The notes below the pieces were generated by a model. That model was not told the DNA's origin. It did not search any database and saw only the letters and a program-made list of their open reading frames with translations. From contig NIVC01001870.1 in NCBI GenBank assembly GCA_002269645.1, positions 62,001 through 126,000 on the forward strand: a DNA stretch of 64,000 bases. Reading direction: 5' to 3'. Positions 12,201-24,600 of this stretch are shown here, in pieces (position 1 is the stretch's first letter; each line of letters opens with the position of its first letter). Source of the DNA: Macrostomum lignano (lineage: Eukaryota). The translations under genes were made by a program, and so were the position numbers.

Positions 12201-13941
12201 TTGATAGATCAGTGTTGATAGGTCAGTGTTGATAGATCAGTGTTGGTAGATCAGTGTCGATAGATCAGTGTTGATAGATCAGTGTCGATAGGTCAGTGTT
12301 GATAGATCAGTGTTGATAGATCAGTGTTGATAGATCAGTGTTGATAGGTCAGTGTTGATAGATCGGTGTTGATAGATCAGTGTTGATAGATCAGTGTTGA
12401 TAGATCACTGTTGATTGATCAGTGTTGATAAATCAATGTCAATAGATCAGGGTTTATAGATCAGTGTTGATAGATCAGTGTTGATAGATCGGTGTTGATA
12501 GGTCAGTGTTGATAGATCAGTGTTGATAGATCAGTGTTGATAGATCAGTGTTGATAGGTCAGTGTTGATAGATCAGTGTTGATAGATCAGTGTTGATGGA
12601 TCAGTGTTGATAGGTCAGTGTTGATAGATCAGTGTTGATAGATCAGTGTTGATAGATCAGTGTTGATAGATCAGTGTTGATGGATCAGTGTTGATAGGTC
12701 AGTGTTGATAGATCAGTGTTGATAGATCAGTGTTGATAGATCAGTGTTGATAGATCGGTGTCGATAGGTCAGTGTTGATAGATCAGTGTTGATGGATCAG
12801 TGTTGATAGATCAGTGTTGATAGATCAGTGTTGATAGATCAGTGTTGATAGATCAGTGTTGATAGATCAGTGTTGATAGATCGGTGTCGATAGATCAGTG
12901 TTGATAGATCAGTGTTGATAGGTCAGTGTTGATAGATCAGTGTTGATAGATCAGTGTTGATAGATCAGTGTTGATAGGTCAGTGTTGATGGATCAGTGTT
13001 GATAGATCAGTGTTGATAGGTCAGTGTTGATAGATCAGTGTTGATAGATCAGTGTTGATGGATCAGTGTTGATAGATCAGTGTTGATAGATCGGTGTTGA
13101 TAGGTCAGTGTTGATAGATCAGTGTTGATAGATCAGTGTTGATAGGTCAGTGTTGATAGATCGGTGTTGATAGATCAGTGTTGATAGATCAGTGTTGATA
13201 GATCAGTGTTGATAGGTCAGTGTTGATAAATCGGTGTTGATAGATCAGTGTTGATAGATCAGTGTTGATAGATCAGTGTTGATAGATCGGTGTTGATAGG
13301 TCAGTGTTGATAGGTCAGTGTTGATAGATCAGTGTTGATAGATCAGTGTTGATAGGTCAGTGTTGATAGATCGGTGTTGATAGATCGGTGTTGATAGATC
13401 AGTGTTGATAGATCAGTGTTGATAGATCGGTGTTGATAGATCAGTGTTGATAGATCAGTGTCGATAGATCAGTGTTGATAGATCGGTGTTGATAGATCAG
13501 TGTTGATAGATCAGTGTTGATAGATCGGTGTTGATAGATCAGTGTTGATAGATCAGTGTTGATAGATCACTGTTGATAGATCAGTGTTGATAGATCAGTG
13601 TTGATAGATCAGTGTTGATAGATCAGTGTTGATAGATCAGTGTTGATAGATCAGTGTTGATAGACCAGTGTTGATAGATCAGTGTTGATAGATCAGTGTT
13701 GATAGATCAGTGTTGATAGATCGGTGTTGATAGATCAGTGTTGATAGATCAGTGTTGATAGATCAGTGTTGATAGATCAGTGTTGATAGATCAGTGTTGA
13801 TAGATCAGTGTTGATAGATCAGTGTTGATAGACTGACTTTTTGCATGCCACTCCATCGCTGAATTTTCCATGCTCTCTCACAGCGGTGACGCGAACCTGT
13901 TTATTCAGAGCTGCGCACTAACCACGGCCAACTCTACTTAA
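9216..13941 (+). CDS. Uncharacterised protein (~203 aa, 3 exons; gene X)
   Basis: Exons 9216-9549 (donor T|GTGAGT), 10627-10846 (CCCCAG| ... AA|GTGAGT), 13884-13941 (CACAG|, TAA); phases 1 and 2 match, total 612 nt; helical K/E/Q-rich sequence with no recognisable family; start and last exon less certain. Confidence 0.55.
9735..10580. repeat. 14-bp satellite (GATAGATCAGTGTT)n, array 1
   Basis: ~60 units in intron 1 of gene X. Confidence 0.95.
10885..11000. repeat. ~21-bp repeat (ATAGATTACCTATAGATATGC)n
   Basis: 4-5 degenerate units. Confidence 0.6.
11515..13832. repeat. 14-bp satellite (GATAGATCAGTGTT)n, array 2
   Basis: ~165 units in intron 2 of gene X. Confidence 0.95.
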
Positions 13942-14001
13942 CTTGGAGCGCTTTCATGACAGCGCTAGTAGGTCACTGAACCAAGTTTATTGATAGAAAA
14001 C

Positions 14002-17000
14002 TTAATATATTTTTATAATGAGAAAAAACAAACTGATACTTAAATTGGCAAGGTCAAGACTTGATAAAAAATTCAAACCGGTTCCAAACCGATGGGTGAC
14101 TAAAAGTACAGCGGGGAATAAAATAACGGATCGGTACAAAGGACACGACAGAAAATGTTCTTGCACTGGCTCCTCTATCTTTCTGAGAACAAAAATTTGT
14201 TGCTGCTTTGAAATAGGTTGGTTGCAACGATGACTTCGTTGAACATGAGCTGGGTGGAGAAAGCAACGAGTTAGTGCTCAGGTGCTCAAAGTGGGATCGA
14301 ACCCAGGCTTGCACATACCGTGCGGCGCGTGCTTCTCTTTGAACTCGGCCGAGTAGCCGTACTGATCAGAGAAGTCCCTGTTCTCCTGCTCAGCAGCAGC
14401 TTTTTTAGCGGCCTCCTCTGCTTGGCGCTTCTTCTCCTGCTCGGCTGCTTCCTTCTCGGCGATGGCCGCCGGATCGTCCGAGTCGCTGGCGGTCGCTGCT
14501 GGCGGGTTTCCGTCGGAGACTTTCGTGTTGAGATCGCCCAGCAGGTTGAGAATACCGCCGGGACTGTTTGAGGCTTCGTTGGCACTGGACAGCAGGGTCA
14601 GCTGGCTGAGCGGCCGAGTTGTTAGACGGTGAATTTCGTTGGCAGCTTCGGTTGATTTGCGCTTCAGATAGGAGTCGTTAACCTGATTGGTGAGTGGGTG
14701 GTGGAGTATGCAGTTAATCCATCGATAGGCCCTGGGCAGACTCTCGCGTCACAACCTCTTGGCATAATGACACCCAGTTGCTTACCTGCGGATTAATAGT
14801 GATCTTGAAATTCTCGGCATTTTTCAGCCTCTCCCAGGGAATGGTCTCCAGCAGGCGCAGCGTAACCAGCTTCACCCGTTCGCGTTTCTCGCTCTCCTTC
14901 AAAGTGTCGGAGCCCTTGGAGCCGACATTGACAAAGTCGATGAGCAGAGGGCCCCAGACGTCGGCTAAGACCTCCTTAACCCAGAAGATGTCGTGAGCGA
15001 AAGCAACAAACAGCAGGTAATTCAGATAGTCGCCAATGGTCACGGCCGCCTGGAACTCCAGCTCGTACTCGCACAGAGTAGTCATAAAAGTGTTAACCAG
15101 AAAACGAGGATTGGCAACAACGTTTTGCAGCAGCTCTTTCGTATTGTACTTGAACTTAATTAGTGGACCTCGCTCTTTCAGGTACTTCATGAGGAACAGA
15201 AGCACCTGCTCTAGGCAGGGGTACTTGCGAATCACGGCCGTGAGATTTTCTGCCGAGCCAACCGATATGTGCTCTTTAACGTCCTGATTCACCTGCAGCA
15301 TTGGCATTATAGAGTGTAAATTACGAATTAGCTGAATATCGAGGCCGAGAGTTTATGTTAAACGAGGACGGACAAAGGGGCAGCGAAAATGTCCTGGAGC
15401 AGGCACAACACACTCACTTAAAATGTACAAAGGCCCTGACTTTCTGATCGTCAGGCATGCGTTAAATCTCCAAGTGCCTTGGGAGTTTGCAAGGTAAGCA
15501 CAGCAAAAAGCTATAACTGTAGTGTCGTCATATACGGGGCCTTTCATAAGCTTAAAACTTCACATTGTCAAAATTTCACTTTATCGAACAGCCTTGGCAG
15601 TCCACTTCCGCTAGCTCGCAATCAAAAAAATTGACGCGATGTGAAATTTGGAGCTTGTGAAAGCGATAAACTACTGAAGGAGAGAAGGGAGACAGTACGG
15701 GGCAACAAAACAGGATCGAGTAATGCGGGCAAAGAACGATTGAAAAGGAAGGAAAGTGTAGAGGTATGATAGGATATGAAGAGAGAAGTGAACTATATGA
15801 GCGCATGACGGTGAATGAGAAATATATATAAGTAAAAACATATAAATGACTGCAAAATGCGAGTGATAGAGTTGAAGAACGAGCTACACCCATGGATGAA
15901 TATATAGCATTTTGCAAGCTAGTAGAGAATGCGAGCAAGCAATTAAATAATCGATAGCAAAGTCAGTGGAATTCGTTATAGTCTATGGTCAAAGCTATGA
16001 GCATTACTGCAACCAAATAAATAATGCGAGCACGCAATTGATAAATTTTCTCAGTTCTTATGTAAACTGATCTCGATAGCAGCTCGAAATGGACGCAATC
16101 GACATCGAGGATGACGAAATTCTGGAGGAGGATGGAGAGAGTTTTGTCACAGCGGAGGACGCTCCTGGAGAACCAGTTCAGGCAGGTCAAGTGTGGAGGA
16201 TGGAGAGAGTTTTGTCACAGCGGAGGACGCTCCTGGAGAACCAGTTCAGGCAGGTCAAGTGTGGAGGATGGAGAGAGTTTTGTCACAGCGGAGGACGCTC
16301 CTGGAGAACCAGTTCAGGCAGGTCAAGTGTGGAGGATGGAGAGAGTTTTGTCACAGCGGAGGACGCTCCTGGAGAACCAGTTCAGGCCAGTCAAGTGTGG
16401 AGGATGGAGAGAGTTTTGTCACAGCGGAGGACGCTCCTGGAGAACCAGTTCAGGCCAGTCAAGTGTGGAGGATGGAGAGAGTTTTGTCACAGCGGAGGAC
16501 GCTCCTGGAGAACCAGTTCAGGCCAGTCAAGTGTGGAGGATGGTTTCGGAATGCACTCCGCTTCATCCCTAGATGTGTCGCTGGAGAGGACATTGTTTGA
16601 TTTCTGCCATATATCGGACAGCTTCACTGAAGAAAATCTTAAATAGAGTTTCATTTTATACTTTTCCCTGAGTAGTGCGTGCCGGTTTTTTTCTCTGTTC
16701 TAAGCTCAAAATAGGATCACAACTCGTACGTGAAAGTACGGCATGCTGAGCTTCTTATGATGCTGGTGCTTGTCTATGGCTAGGACCAAAAATATTGAGC
16801 TATCCAGTTATATCCAGCTATCCACTCATCCATGGCTACACCTACTCAAACAGGGGGGTAGGAATCGGAGTGCTCTGCAAGGGCATAGCATTCAGGCGAG
16901 TACTGAGTCAACAATGAGGATTAAGGTTTTATTTTAGTTAATTGAAAACCCTCAAAGTACAGGCTCGATTACGACGTTAATAATTCGGCAGGCTTAATAA

Positions 17001-19137
17001 ATCCGTTTCTTGTTCGTTGCCATGATTGTCTTAATCGCTATAGCTAAACACAGAGGAAATAGAAAATTGATTAAATCTGAGCCTTTTTCATTGACAATCA
17101 TTGAATATTATGAGTTTTAAGGAAATTAGGGATGCAGAAGGAAATTACGGGAATAATTCTCCAAGCGCAGTGTGAAATAGTTTATGAACCGACTTTTCTA
17201 ACTAGGGGGGTTGCAGCCTAGCTAGTGGTTAGAGCGTCGGCTCCCGACTGAAAGGTCGGGGGTTCGATTCAGTTCACCAGCTGTAAAATGGGTGCCAGCA
17301 TTAGCTGGGGTGGTAATTGAGGCTGTGTGTGGCGACCCTCCAGTCCTTGGACTGAACAGCCTTAAGCAGCCTTCAGATGCGCTGCGCAATAGCTGCGGCT
17401 GAGCTGTCGGTTGCACATCTGGCCCAATAGGGGAAGGTGTAATAACCAACAAATTTTATTATTAGTTTAGACAATCTGTTTAAACTTAAGATGTAGGTAT
17501 AACCTTAATAATATGGGTTCATGGTAAACTTAAAATTAGATAGATAAGACTCTCTGAAATCTATTTATTCCATTTTGAAAATGTTAAAAAGATTTGGTAT
17601 TTTTTTAAAGATCCAAGAATATTTGAAGAAATTTTCTGCGATTATTTGTTTAGAAATAACTCAGATCTCTCTCCAAATGATCAGAAATGCATTCGGGCTA
17701 TGCTTGAGAATTTAAGTCTAAAAACGAAGTTAAATAATCTGATATTCCATTCAATATTCAATTTCGGGAATTTAATTTTCGTAAACGTTCAGTCGTCATT
17801 TTTTAAAAACTTTGGGAATCCCCCTCTAAAAAGTTCAAGAGTCCCTCTCCAAACAGTTCAGGAATCCCTCTCCAAAAAATGTAGGAATCCCTCTCCAAAC
17901 AGTTCAGGAATCCCTCTCCAAAAAATGTAGGAATCCCTCTCCAAACAGTTCAGGAATCCCTCTCCAAAAATGTAGGAATCCCTCTCCAAACAGTTCAGGA
18001 ATCCCTCTCCAAAAAGTTCAGGAATCCCTCTCCAAAAAATGTAGGAATCCCTCTCCAAACAGTTAAGGAATCCCTCTCCAAAAAGTGTAGGAATCCCTCT
18101 CCAAACAGTTCAGGAATCCCTCTCCAAAAAATGTAGGAATCCCTCTCCAAACAGTTCAGGAATCCCTCTCCAAAAAATGTAGGAATCCCTCTCCAAAAAG
18201 TTCAGGAATCCCTCTCCAAAAAATGTAGGAATCCCTCTCCAAACAGTTCAGGAATCCCTCTCCAAAAAATGTAGGAATCCCTCTCCAAACAGTTCAGGAA
18301 TCCCTCTCCAAAAAATGTAGGAATCCCTCTCCAAACAGTTCAGGAATCCCTCTCCAAAAAATGTAGGAATCCCTCTCCAAACAGTTAAGGAATCCCTCTC
18401 CAAACAGTTAAGGAATCCCTCTCCAAACAGTTCAGGAATCCCTCTCCAAAAAGTGTAGGAATCCCTCTCCAAACAGTTCAGGAATCCCTCTCCAAAAATG
18501 TAGGAATCCCACTCCAAACAGTTCAGGAATCCCTCTCCAAAAAGTTCAGGAATCCCTCTCCAAACAGTTAAGGAATCCCTCTCCAAAAAATGTAGGAATC
18601 CCTCTCCAAACAGTTAAGGAATCCCTCTCCAAACAGTTCAGGAATCCCTCTCCAAAAAGTGTAGGAATCCTTCTCCAAACAGTTCAGGAATCCCTCTCCA
18701 AAAATGTAGGAATCCCTCTCCAAACAGTTCAGGAATCCCTCTCCAAAAAGTGTAGGAATCCCTCTCCAAACAGTTCAGGAATCCCTCTCCAAAAAATGTA
18801 GGAATCCCTCTCCAAACAGTTTGGTAGTCCATTTCAAATCGCTAACCTTGTCATCCATTACCAGCCTGCCAAGGTACAACTGCAGTCCGGGGCACAGCCG
18901 ACTCTTGTCCGCCTGCCGCTTAGGTCCGTAGGCGATATTCACAAACGTAGCACCTTTGAGCCGTTTGACGCACTGAAAGGCCACGTGGAACGGGTCCAAA
19001 AATCCAGGCTTGACGCCCCACCGTTCGGCGTAGGATTTGGCGTCAGTCGCAGCCGACATTGACACATTAGGAAATTGCCAGGCGCAGAAGGCCGATCCGG
19101 CCTTAGCGCAGTGCTCGGGCAGACTCTTGCCAGACAT
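14002..19137 (-). CDS. Uncharacterised protein (gene Y, probably 4 exons)
   Basis: Exons 19137-18847 (MSGKSLPEHC...MDDK, donor GTTAGC), 15292-14786 (CTGCAG|VNQDV...NPQ|GTAAGC), 14682-14319 (CAG|VNDSYL...APH G|GTATGT), putative last exon 14249-14002 followed by AATAAA; middle exons clearly coding with phase-0 joins; exon 1 link and last exon inferred. Confidence 0.6.
16123..16545 (+). repeat. 68-bp tandem repeat, 6 copies
   Basis: GATGGAGAGAG starts at 16131, 16199, 16267, 16335, 16403, 16471; first three copies read GGCAGGTCAA, last three GGCCAGTCAA. Confidence 0.92.
17205..17465 (+). mobile_element. tRNA-derived SINE family 1 copy (CORE-like), internally deleted
   Basis: A-box/B-box head (TAGTGGTTAG...GGTTCGATTC); body colinear with the 20602-20896 copy but lacking ~60 bp. 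Confidence 0.8.
17810..18820. repeat. 23-bp minisatellite with two alternating variants (GGAATCCCTCTCCAAACAGTTCA / GGAATCCCTCTCCAAAAAATGTA)
   Basis: ~43 units, largely in a dimeric pattern, in intron 1 of gene Y. Confidence 0.93.
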
Positions 19138-19477
19138 TGCTCGTTCGGCTTGTTTCTTGTTTGTCTTTACTGCTCCCGCAAAACGAACGAAAAGCAAGAG
19201 CTTAGGAATGCTGCGACCTCGGGTTGCTCATTTTCTCCTCACTTAATAGAATAGGACAGAAGTGCTCTAATCATGCAGGGACTGGTCTACTGTCTATGGC
19301 CAAGGCATCGAGTTCATGGAAGCCTTGGAATTAATCCTATAAGTCGACCATAGTGGTAGTCTGAGGGGTAGAAAAGTGGGGTAGAGATTAAAGGGGTAAC
19401 AGCCCACAGGCGGCTGCTCAGAAAATCGATAAGCCTCGCACACAGGCGGCAATAAAATAACTAACTAGGAAAGTAGG

Positions 19478-19625
19478 GTGGGGCAGCTGGGGCTTGGGGC
19501 AGCTGGGGCTTGGGGCAGCTGGGGCTTGGGGCAGCTGGGGCTTGGGGCAGCTGGGGCTTGGGGCAGCTGGGGCTTGGGGCAGCTGGGGCTTGGGGCAGCT
19601 GGGGCTTGGGGCAGCTGGGGCTTGG
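19478..19625. repeat. 16-bp G-rich repeat (GGGCAGCTGGGGCTTG)n
   Basis: ~9 perfect units; G-tracts could form G-quadruplex (inference). Confidence 0.9.
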
Positions 19626-20601
19626 TCGGTTTGCTCGTAAAAATCGATAAAAACGCTCACAGGCGGCAATCAACCCCAGACTAACCATTACTACAGTAAA
19701 CTCGCGGTTAATTTGGATTTGTGGGGTAGAAAAGTGGGGTGGGTGTTGGGGCTCGGGGCTTGGCCGATTTGCTTGTAAAAAATCGATAAAAACGCTCACA
19801 GGCGGCAATAGGAAAGTGGGATTAGGGAGTTAAAGTTTCACTGGCTGTACAGTTCAGATAATCGATAAAACTCCTCACCAACCTCACACAAGCAGACGCA
19901 GAAGTGCCCCCCATGGGCCAAAATGCCCCAAAGCCCGAGTCCAAGGTCGCCACTTCATAAGACCGAAATTTCACAACGCCGAAACATGTTATAGCACAAG
20001 ACCGAAATATTCATTTTACACTTAAAGATCGTATAGCGCATACGAAGTAAAACTAATCGGCATCGGCAACAATTTTTATTTCGTTCTGCATTGTTGTTTT
20101 GATTATTGCTTGAATTTATTTTTGATCCCATCATACTACTTATTATTTGGTGTCGCATATATTCAACAAGTCAAAGTTTGAATAGGGCGCTCAGCTATAT
20201 GTACGGTGCCAATGGGAAAATCGCCATACATTTACCCGGTAAGTCTTAAGTACGCTCACGACAGCAAATTGAGATCAAGCCATCAAGGGCTTCTCTTATA
20301 TTATAAGTGCACACTGTTGTGAATGTGCATGCTCAGTACTACTATGTAATGTACGCGCACTGATGTACATCTACGCGCTTGTATCATCATAATATATATT
20401 GGCTAGCTCACTATATAACTGAGAGCTACCTCTCCTCCCCTTCGTCTCAAGTGAAGTGACTTTATTCATTTGGCCAGCGGCCACAACACACACCGGCACA
20501 CGCTTGGGTCAAAATTGCTTATCTACTGGAAACGGTAAAGTTTTCGATCTTACGATTTTTCTATGCTCTGACTTTTCGTTCTAGAAATATTTCGGTCTTG
20601 T

Positions 20602-20896
20602 AATAATAATAGCAACAATAATAATGGGCAGATGTGCAACCGACAGCTCAGCCGCAGCTATTGCGCAGCGCATCTAAAGGCTGCGTACGGCTGTTCAGTC
20701 CAAGGACTGGGGGGTCCCTACACACACCCTCAATCACCATAGCTAATGCTGGCACCCATTTTACAGCTGTTTGAACTGAAGCAATGCAGAGTTAGGTGTC
20801 TTGCTCAAGGACACAAATTGGTCCGAGTAGGTCGAGAATCGAACCCCCGACCTTTCAGTCGCGAGTCTGATGCTCCAACCGCTAAGGCTGCAGCCC
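20602..20896 (-). mobile_element. Full-length tRNA-derived CORE-like SINE (family 1)
   Basis: Minus strand: GGGCTGCAGCCTTAGCGGTTGG (A box), GGTTCGATTC (B box), GTGTCCTTGAGCAAGACACCTAACTCTGCATTGCTTCAGTTC...CTGTAAAATGGG resembling the MIR/CORE domain, (ATT)n tail; 11-bp TSD TTCGGTCTTGT at 20591-20601 and 20897-20907. Confidence 0.9.
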
Positions 20897-21344
20897 TTCG
20901 GTCTTGTTAAATCATCTATTGTTTACTATAGAATCTAGAAGAGATTTCCCGGAGATTGAAAAACTAACTAGACATGTCTAACTAAGCATCTCTCGTATTT
21001 AAAGAGAGCCCAATCAGAGGCATGGACGGGCTGTCTCTCTAGCTAAACGAAATCTCTCCACTTGTTATGAGAGCCAATCAGACGCGAGAATTGACTGTAC
21101 CGGGTTTGAAAACTGGAAAAGGGGGGAGATTGTGAAACAAGCTTTTAAAAAATTCAGGATTCTATTATGATCACTCCCATGAACAGGTCTTAATCCTCTC
21201 TCTCGAGCTGCAAAGTCTAGAAGAAGCGAGTTTGGGTAAAAAAAGTAAGTGCGAATGCCTATGTTTTGACTTTTAATTCTAATTTACAATATATCCTTGC
21301 TACTACACAGCATTCTAGAAAGCCAAAAATATCCTAAAGAGCCA

Positions 21345-21665
21345 ACAGTTCATGAAAAATCCAAAAAACCTAGCAGTCCTTGAACAATCCTAGAAACCTA
21401 GCAAACCACGGACAATCCCAGAAACCTAGCAGTCCATGAACAATTCTAGAAACCTAGCAGTCCATGAACAATTCTAGAAACCTAGCAGTCCATGAGCAAT
21501 CCTAGAAACCTAGCAGTCAATGAACAATTTTAGAAACCTAGCAGTCCATGAACAATTCTAGAAACCTAGCAGTCCATGAACAATCCTAGAAACCTAGCAG
21601 TCCATGAACAATCCTAGAAACTTAGCAGTCCATGAACAATCCTACCCGGTAGAAACCTAGCAGTC
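21345..21665. repeat. 28-bp minisatellite (GAAACCTAGCAGTCCATGAACAATTCTA)n
   Basis: ~10 units immediately upstream of the first C2 exon. Confidence 0.9.
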
Positions 21666-21691
21666 CACAAACAATTGACACCATCATCAGG

Positions 21692-24600
21692 ATGTTGTCA
21701 TCAGGTGCGACGCCTCAAGAAGCCAGCCGACCTCGTCGGGTGTCTATGCCAATGACAGCCGTCGGTATCAAGGAGGTGCCATTCGTGATCCCCAGACTGA
21801 GCCGCCACCTGACTGAGCGACACCGCATCGGACGAATCGATCCCAGCCTCTACCTAAACTTCGATGAAGACGAACTGTACGAAGTCACCGACGATCACAT
21901 TGGCCGATTGTGGTTCCGGGTTCGATTCTTAATGAAGGAAGCTAAGCTGGAAGTCGTGGTGTTGAAAGCTAGAAATTTATACAACAAAGCCAGACGGTTC
22001 TGCGATCAGGCCTGCTCGGTGAGCTTCGCCGTTGAGCTGCCGCCACTGTGCAACCGGGTCAATCAGACCCGGCTGAGGAAGAACAACCGCAACCCGGATG
22101 TGAACGAGACGTTCTTGTTTGATGTGAGCGCCGCCTTAATTTGAAACAACCCGAAACTGGTTCAGAAATGAGCAATCTTCTATACCTGTCAAGTCATTGA
22201 GTCGGTCAAGTCAAGTTGAAAAAAGTGTCAGTCAAGAGTCACTAAAGCGGCAGTAAACGTGTTATAAATTTGCCAGTAAGGTATCATCTGTATGGGGTCC
22301 GTAGTCCAGCGGTCCAGCGGCGTTCTCATGTGCCAGCGGCCCAGGCTCGATTCCAAGTGTAGACGAATTTTAATTGGCCTGCCAGTGCAACTAACGTCCT
22401 TAAGGCCAAACCCCAAGGCTTAGTGAAGTGTACATGCCTAGCGATAAATAAATTTAGGGCTGCTGTACACTCCTGTGTGAGTGTGTGCCTGCGTATGACT
22501 GCGTACGTATCCGCGCGCTTGTATGCCTGCTCAGGGGAGTCTGGGGAATGGGCAGTAATGCCTCTCGCCGGTTGTGTGACAATGTCGGTTAAACTGCGCC
22601 AGGGTGCACACAACCCCATTGCCCTTTTCATCTGTTTCCGTATGGATCTGTTGAAAGTACCATATAATTTACTTAAGAACTTTACTTTACAAAGAAGCGT
22701 CATTTAAGTAGCCGCAATATTATTCGATTCTGAAGGCAAACAACATTTCTGTTGAAAATCAATTCAAAGGGAACTAACTAAGCTGCTGGTTTTTCCTCTC
22801 AAAAAATCGGGCGAAAAGGGGGCGGGACAAGCGGCGGAGTAGTCACGATCCATCATCATCTCACGACTCAGTCTCGTGTGTCCAACCTGAGCCAACGGAG
22901 CCGACACTGAAACTTGACTTGCACGCAAGCTGCTTCTGCTGCTGCTGAAATACGAATCGGTTTGGCTGAAGGGTGCCTGGATTGACAAGTATAAGAAAGT
23001 CTTTCATTTTAATAAATCGGGATTGACTTCGCTTAGTTCTGTAAATTAAGGTGAATTTTAATTGCCTGAAAAGTGTATTAGGTACGAACAAGCCAAAATC
23101 TTAATCCCCATGCAGAAGCTTCGTCTTTAAAAATGGGTTCTCTCTGATTTTAAATCAAACTTAAACGTTCCCCCCTCTGCTCGATTCGGTGAGTTCGGCC
23201 ACGTTAATTAAAATCTGAGCTTAAAGCTTGTCAGACACTTGTAGCTGATGCCAACCTCACTTAAGGCTCTCTGGTTGCGGTTTGACTGTTGCTAAAGAGC
23301 CGCTGACGACGCAACAGGTAGCTTGGACGGACCAGTCAATCATTATAATTTTTTGAATCATTTATTTGAATCCTTCAAATAGGGTTTACCTAAACTAAAA
23401 TTCTTTCATACTAAAAACTGCAATACATTAGGATAAACAGATGCATGGTCGGATACGAGCATAAGAGAATTCTGTCTCGTCATTTTCAGAAGATTTTGAA
23501 CGTTTGAGCAAATCAGATCAGGGTTCCTTTCAATTCAATCCAACCCAATCCAATCCAATCCATCCCAATTCAACTCAATCAAAGCTAATCCAACCCAATC
23601 CAACCCAATCCAACCCAATCCAATCCAATCCAATGCAATCCAATCCAAATTAATCCAACCCAATCCAATCCAACCCAATCCAATCCAATCCAATCCAACC
23701 CAATCAAATCTAATCCAACCCAATCCAACCCAATCCAACCCAATCCAATCCAACCCAATCAAATCTAATCCAACCCAATCCAACCCAATCCAACCCAATC
23801 CAACCCAATCCAATCCAACCCGATCCAATCCAATCTAATGCAATCCAATCTAATCTAATCTAATCCAATACAATCATCCAACCAACTTCAGATGGACCAG
23901 GCATTCCTAAAAAAGTGCAGCCTGCACTTTGTAGCCAAGGACACCCTGCCAGGCGGTCAGCAGAAGACCCTGGGCCATGCCGTGTTCTCAATGCGCGAGC
24001 TCGGACTCAGCAGAGCGGAGGCCGGGGTGCCGGTCACCGTCTGGCGAGACCTGAGCCCCGCCCGGCGTCGGCTGGTCAGCGACTTCGCCGCGGCTACGCT
24101 GGTGAGCGTCGGACTGCTGCACCTGTCCTGCACCTACTATGAGCAGCTGGAGCGGCTGGTGATCACTCTGAATGAGACTAAGGAGATTAAAGACTGCCAA
24201 AACAAGGGTGAGCAGTTTGAGCAGTGTTTGTTGATTTTATAAAACTTAAAACCCTAATCTAGTTTCCCAGGTGTAGCCCCTAAGCTGAACTCTAATAGGG
24301 TTGCTAAACCTGAAGCTTACATGAAACTTTACTTGAATTCTAATCAAAACCCTAATCAAAATCTTAATCAAAATTCTAATCAAAAACCTAATCGAAACCT
24401 AATCAAAACCCTAATAAAAAACCTAATCAAAATCCTAATCAAAATTCTAATCAAAACCCTAATCAAAACCCTAATCAACCCTAATCAAAAACCTAATCAA
24501 AACCCTAATCAAAACTCTAATCAACCCCCCTAATCAAAGCCCTAATCAAAACCCTAATCAAAATCCTAATCAAAACCCTGATCAAAAGCTTAATCAAAAC

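Noticed and set aside
17205-17290. Possible tRNA genes at SINE heads (also ~20820-20896, 22294-22360, 27660-27728)
   Set aside because: A and B boxes are present, but they continue into shared SINE bodies with tails and TSDs, and I could not fold a complete cloverleaf.
19955-20910. Possible DNA transposon bounded by inverted AAGACCGAAATAT motifs
   Set aside because: The inverted match is only ~16 bp, with no defined termini or TSD.
21005-21085. Two CCAATCAG boxes as a promoter for the divergent gene pair
   Set aside because: Short common motif, and no transcription start evidence is available.
22764-23091. Short minus-strand ORFs in intron 1 of the C2 gene
   Set aside because: No recognisable motif and no consistent splice partners.
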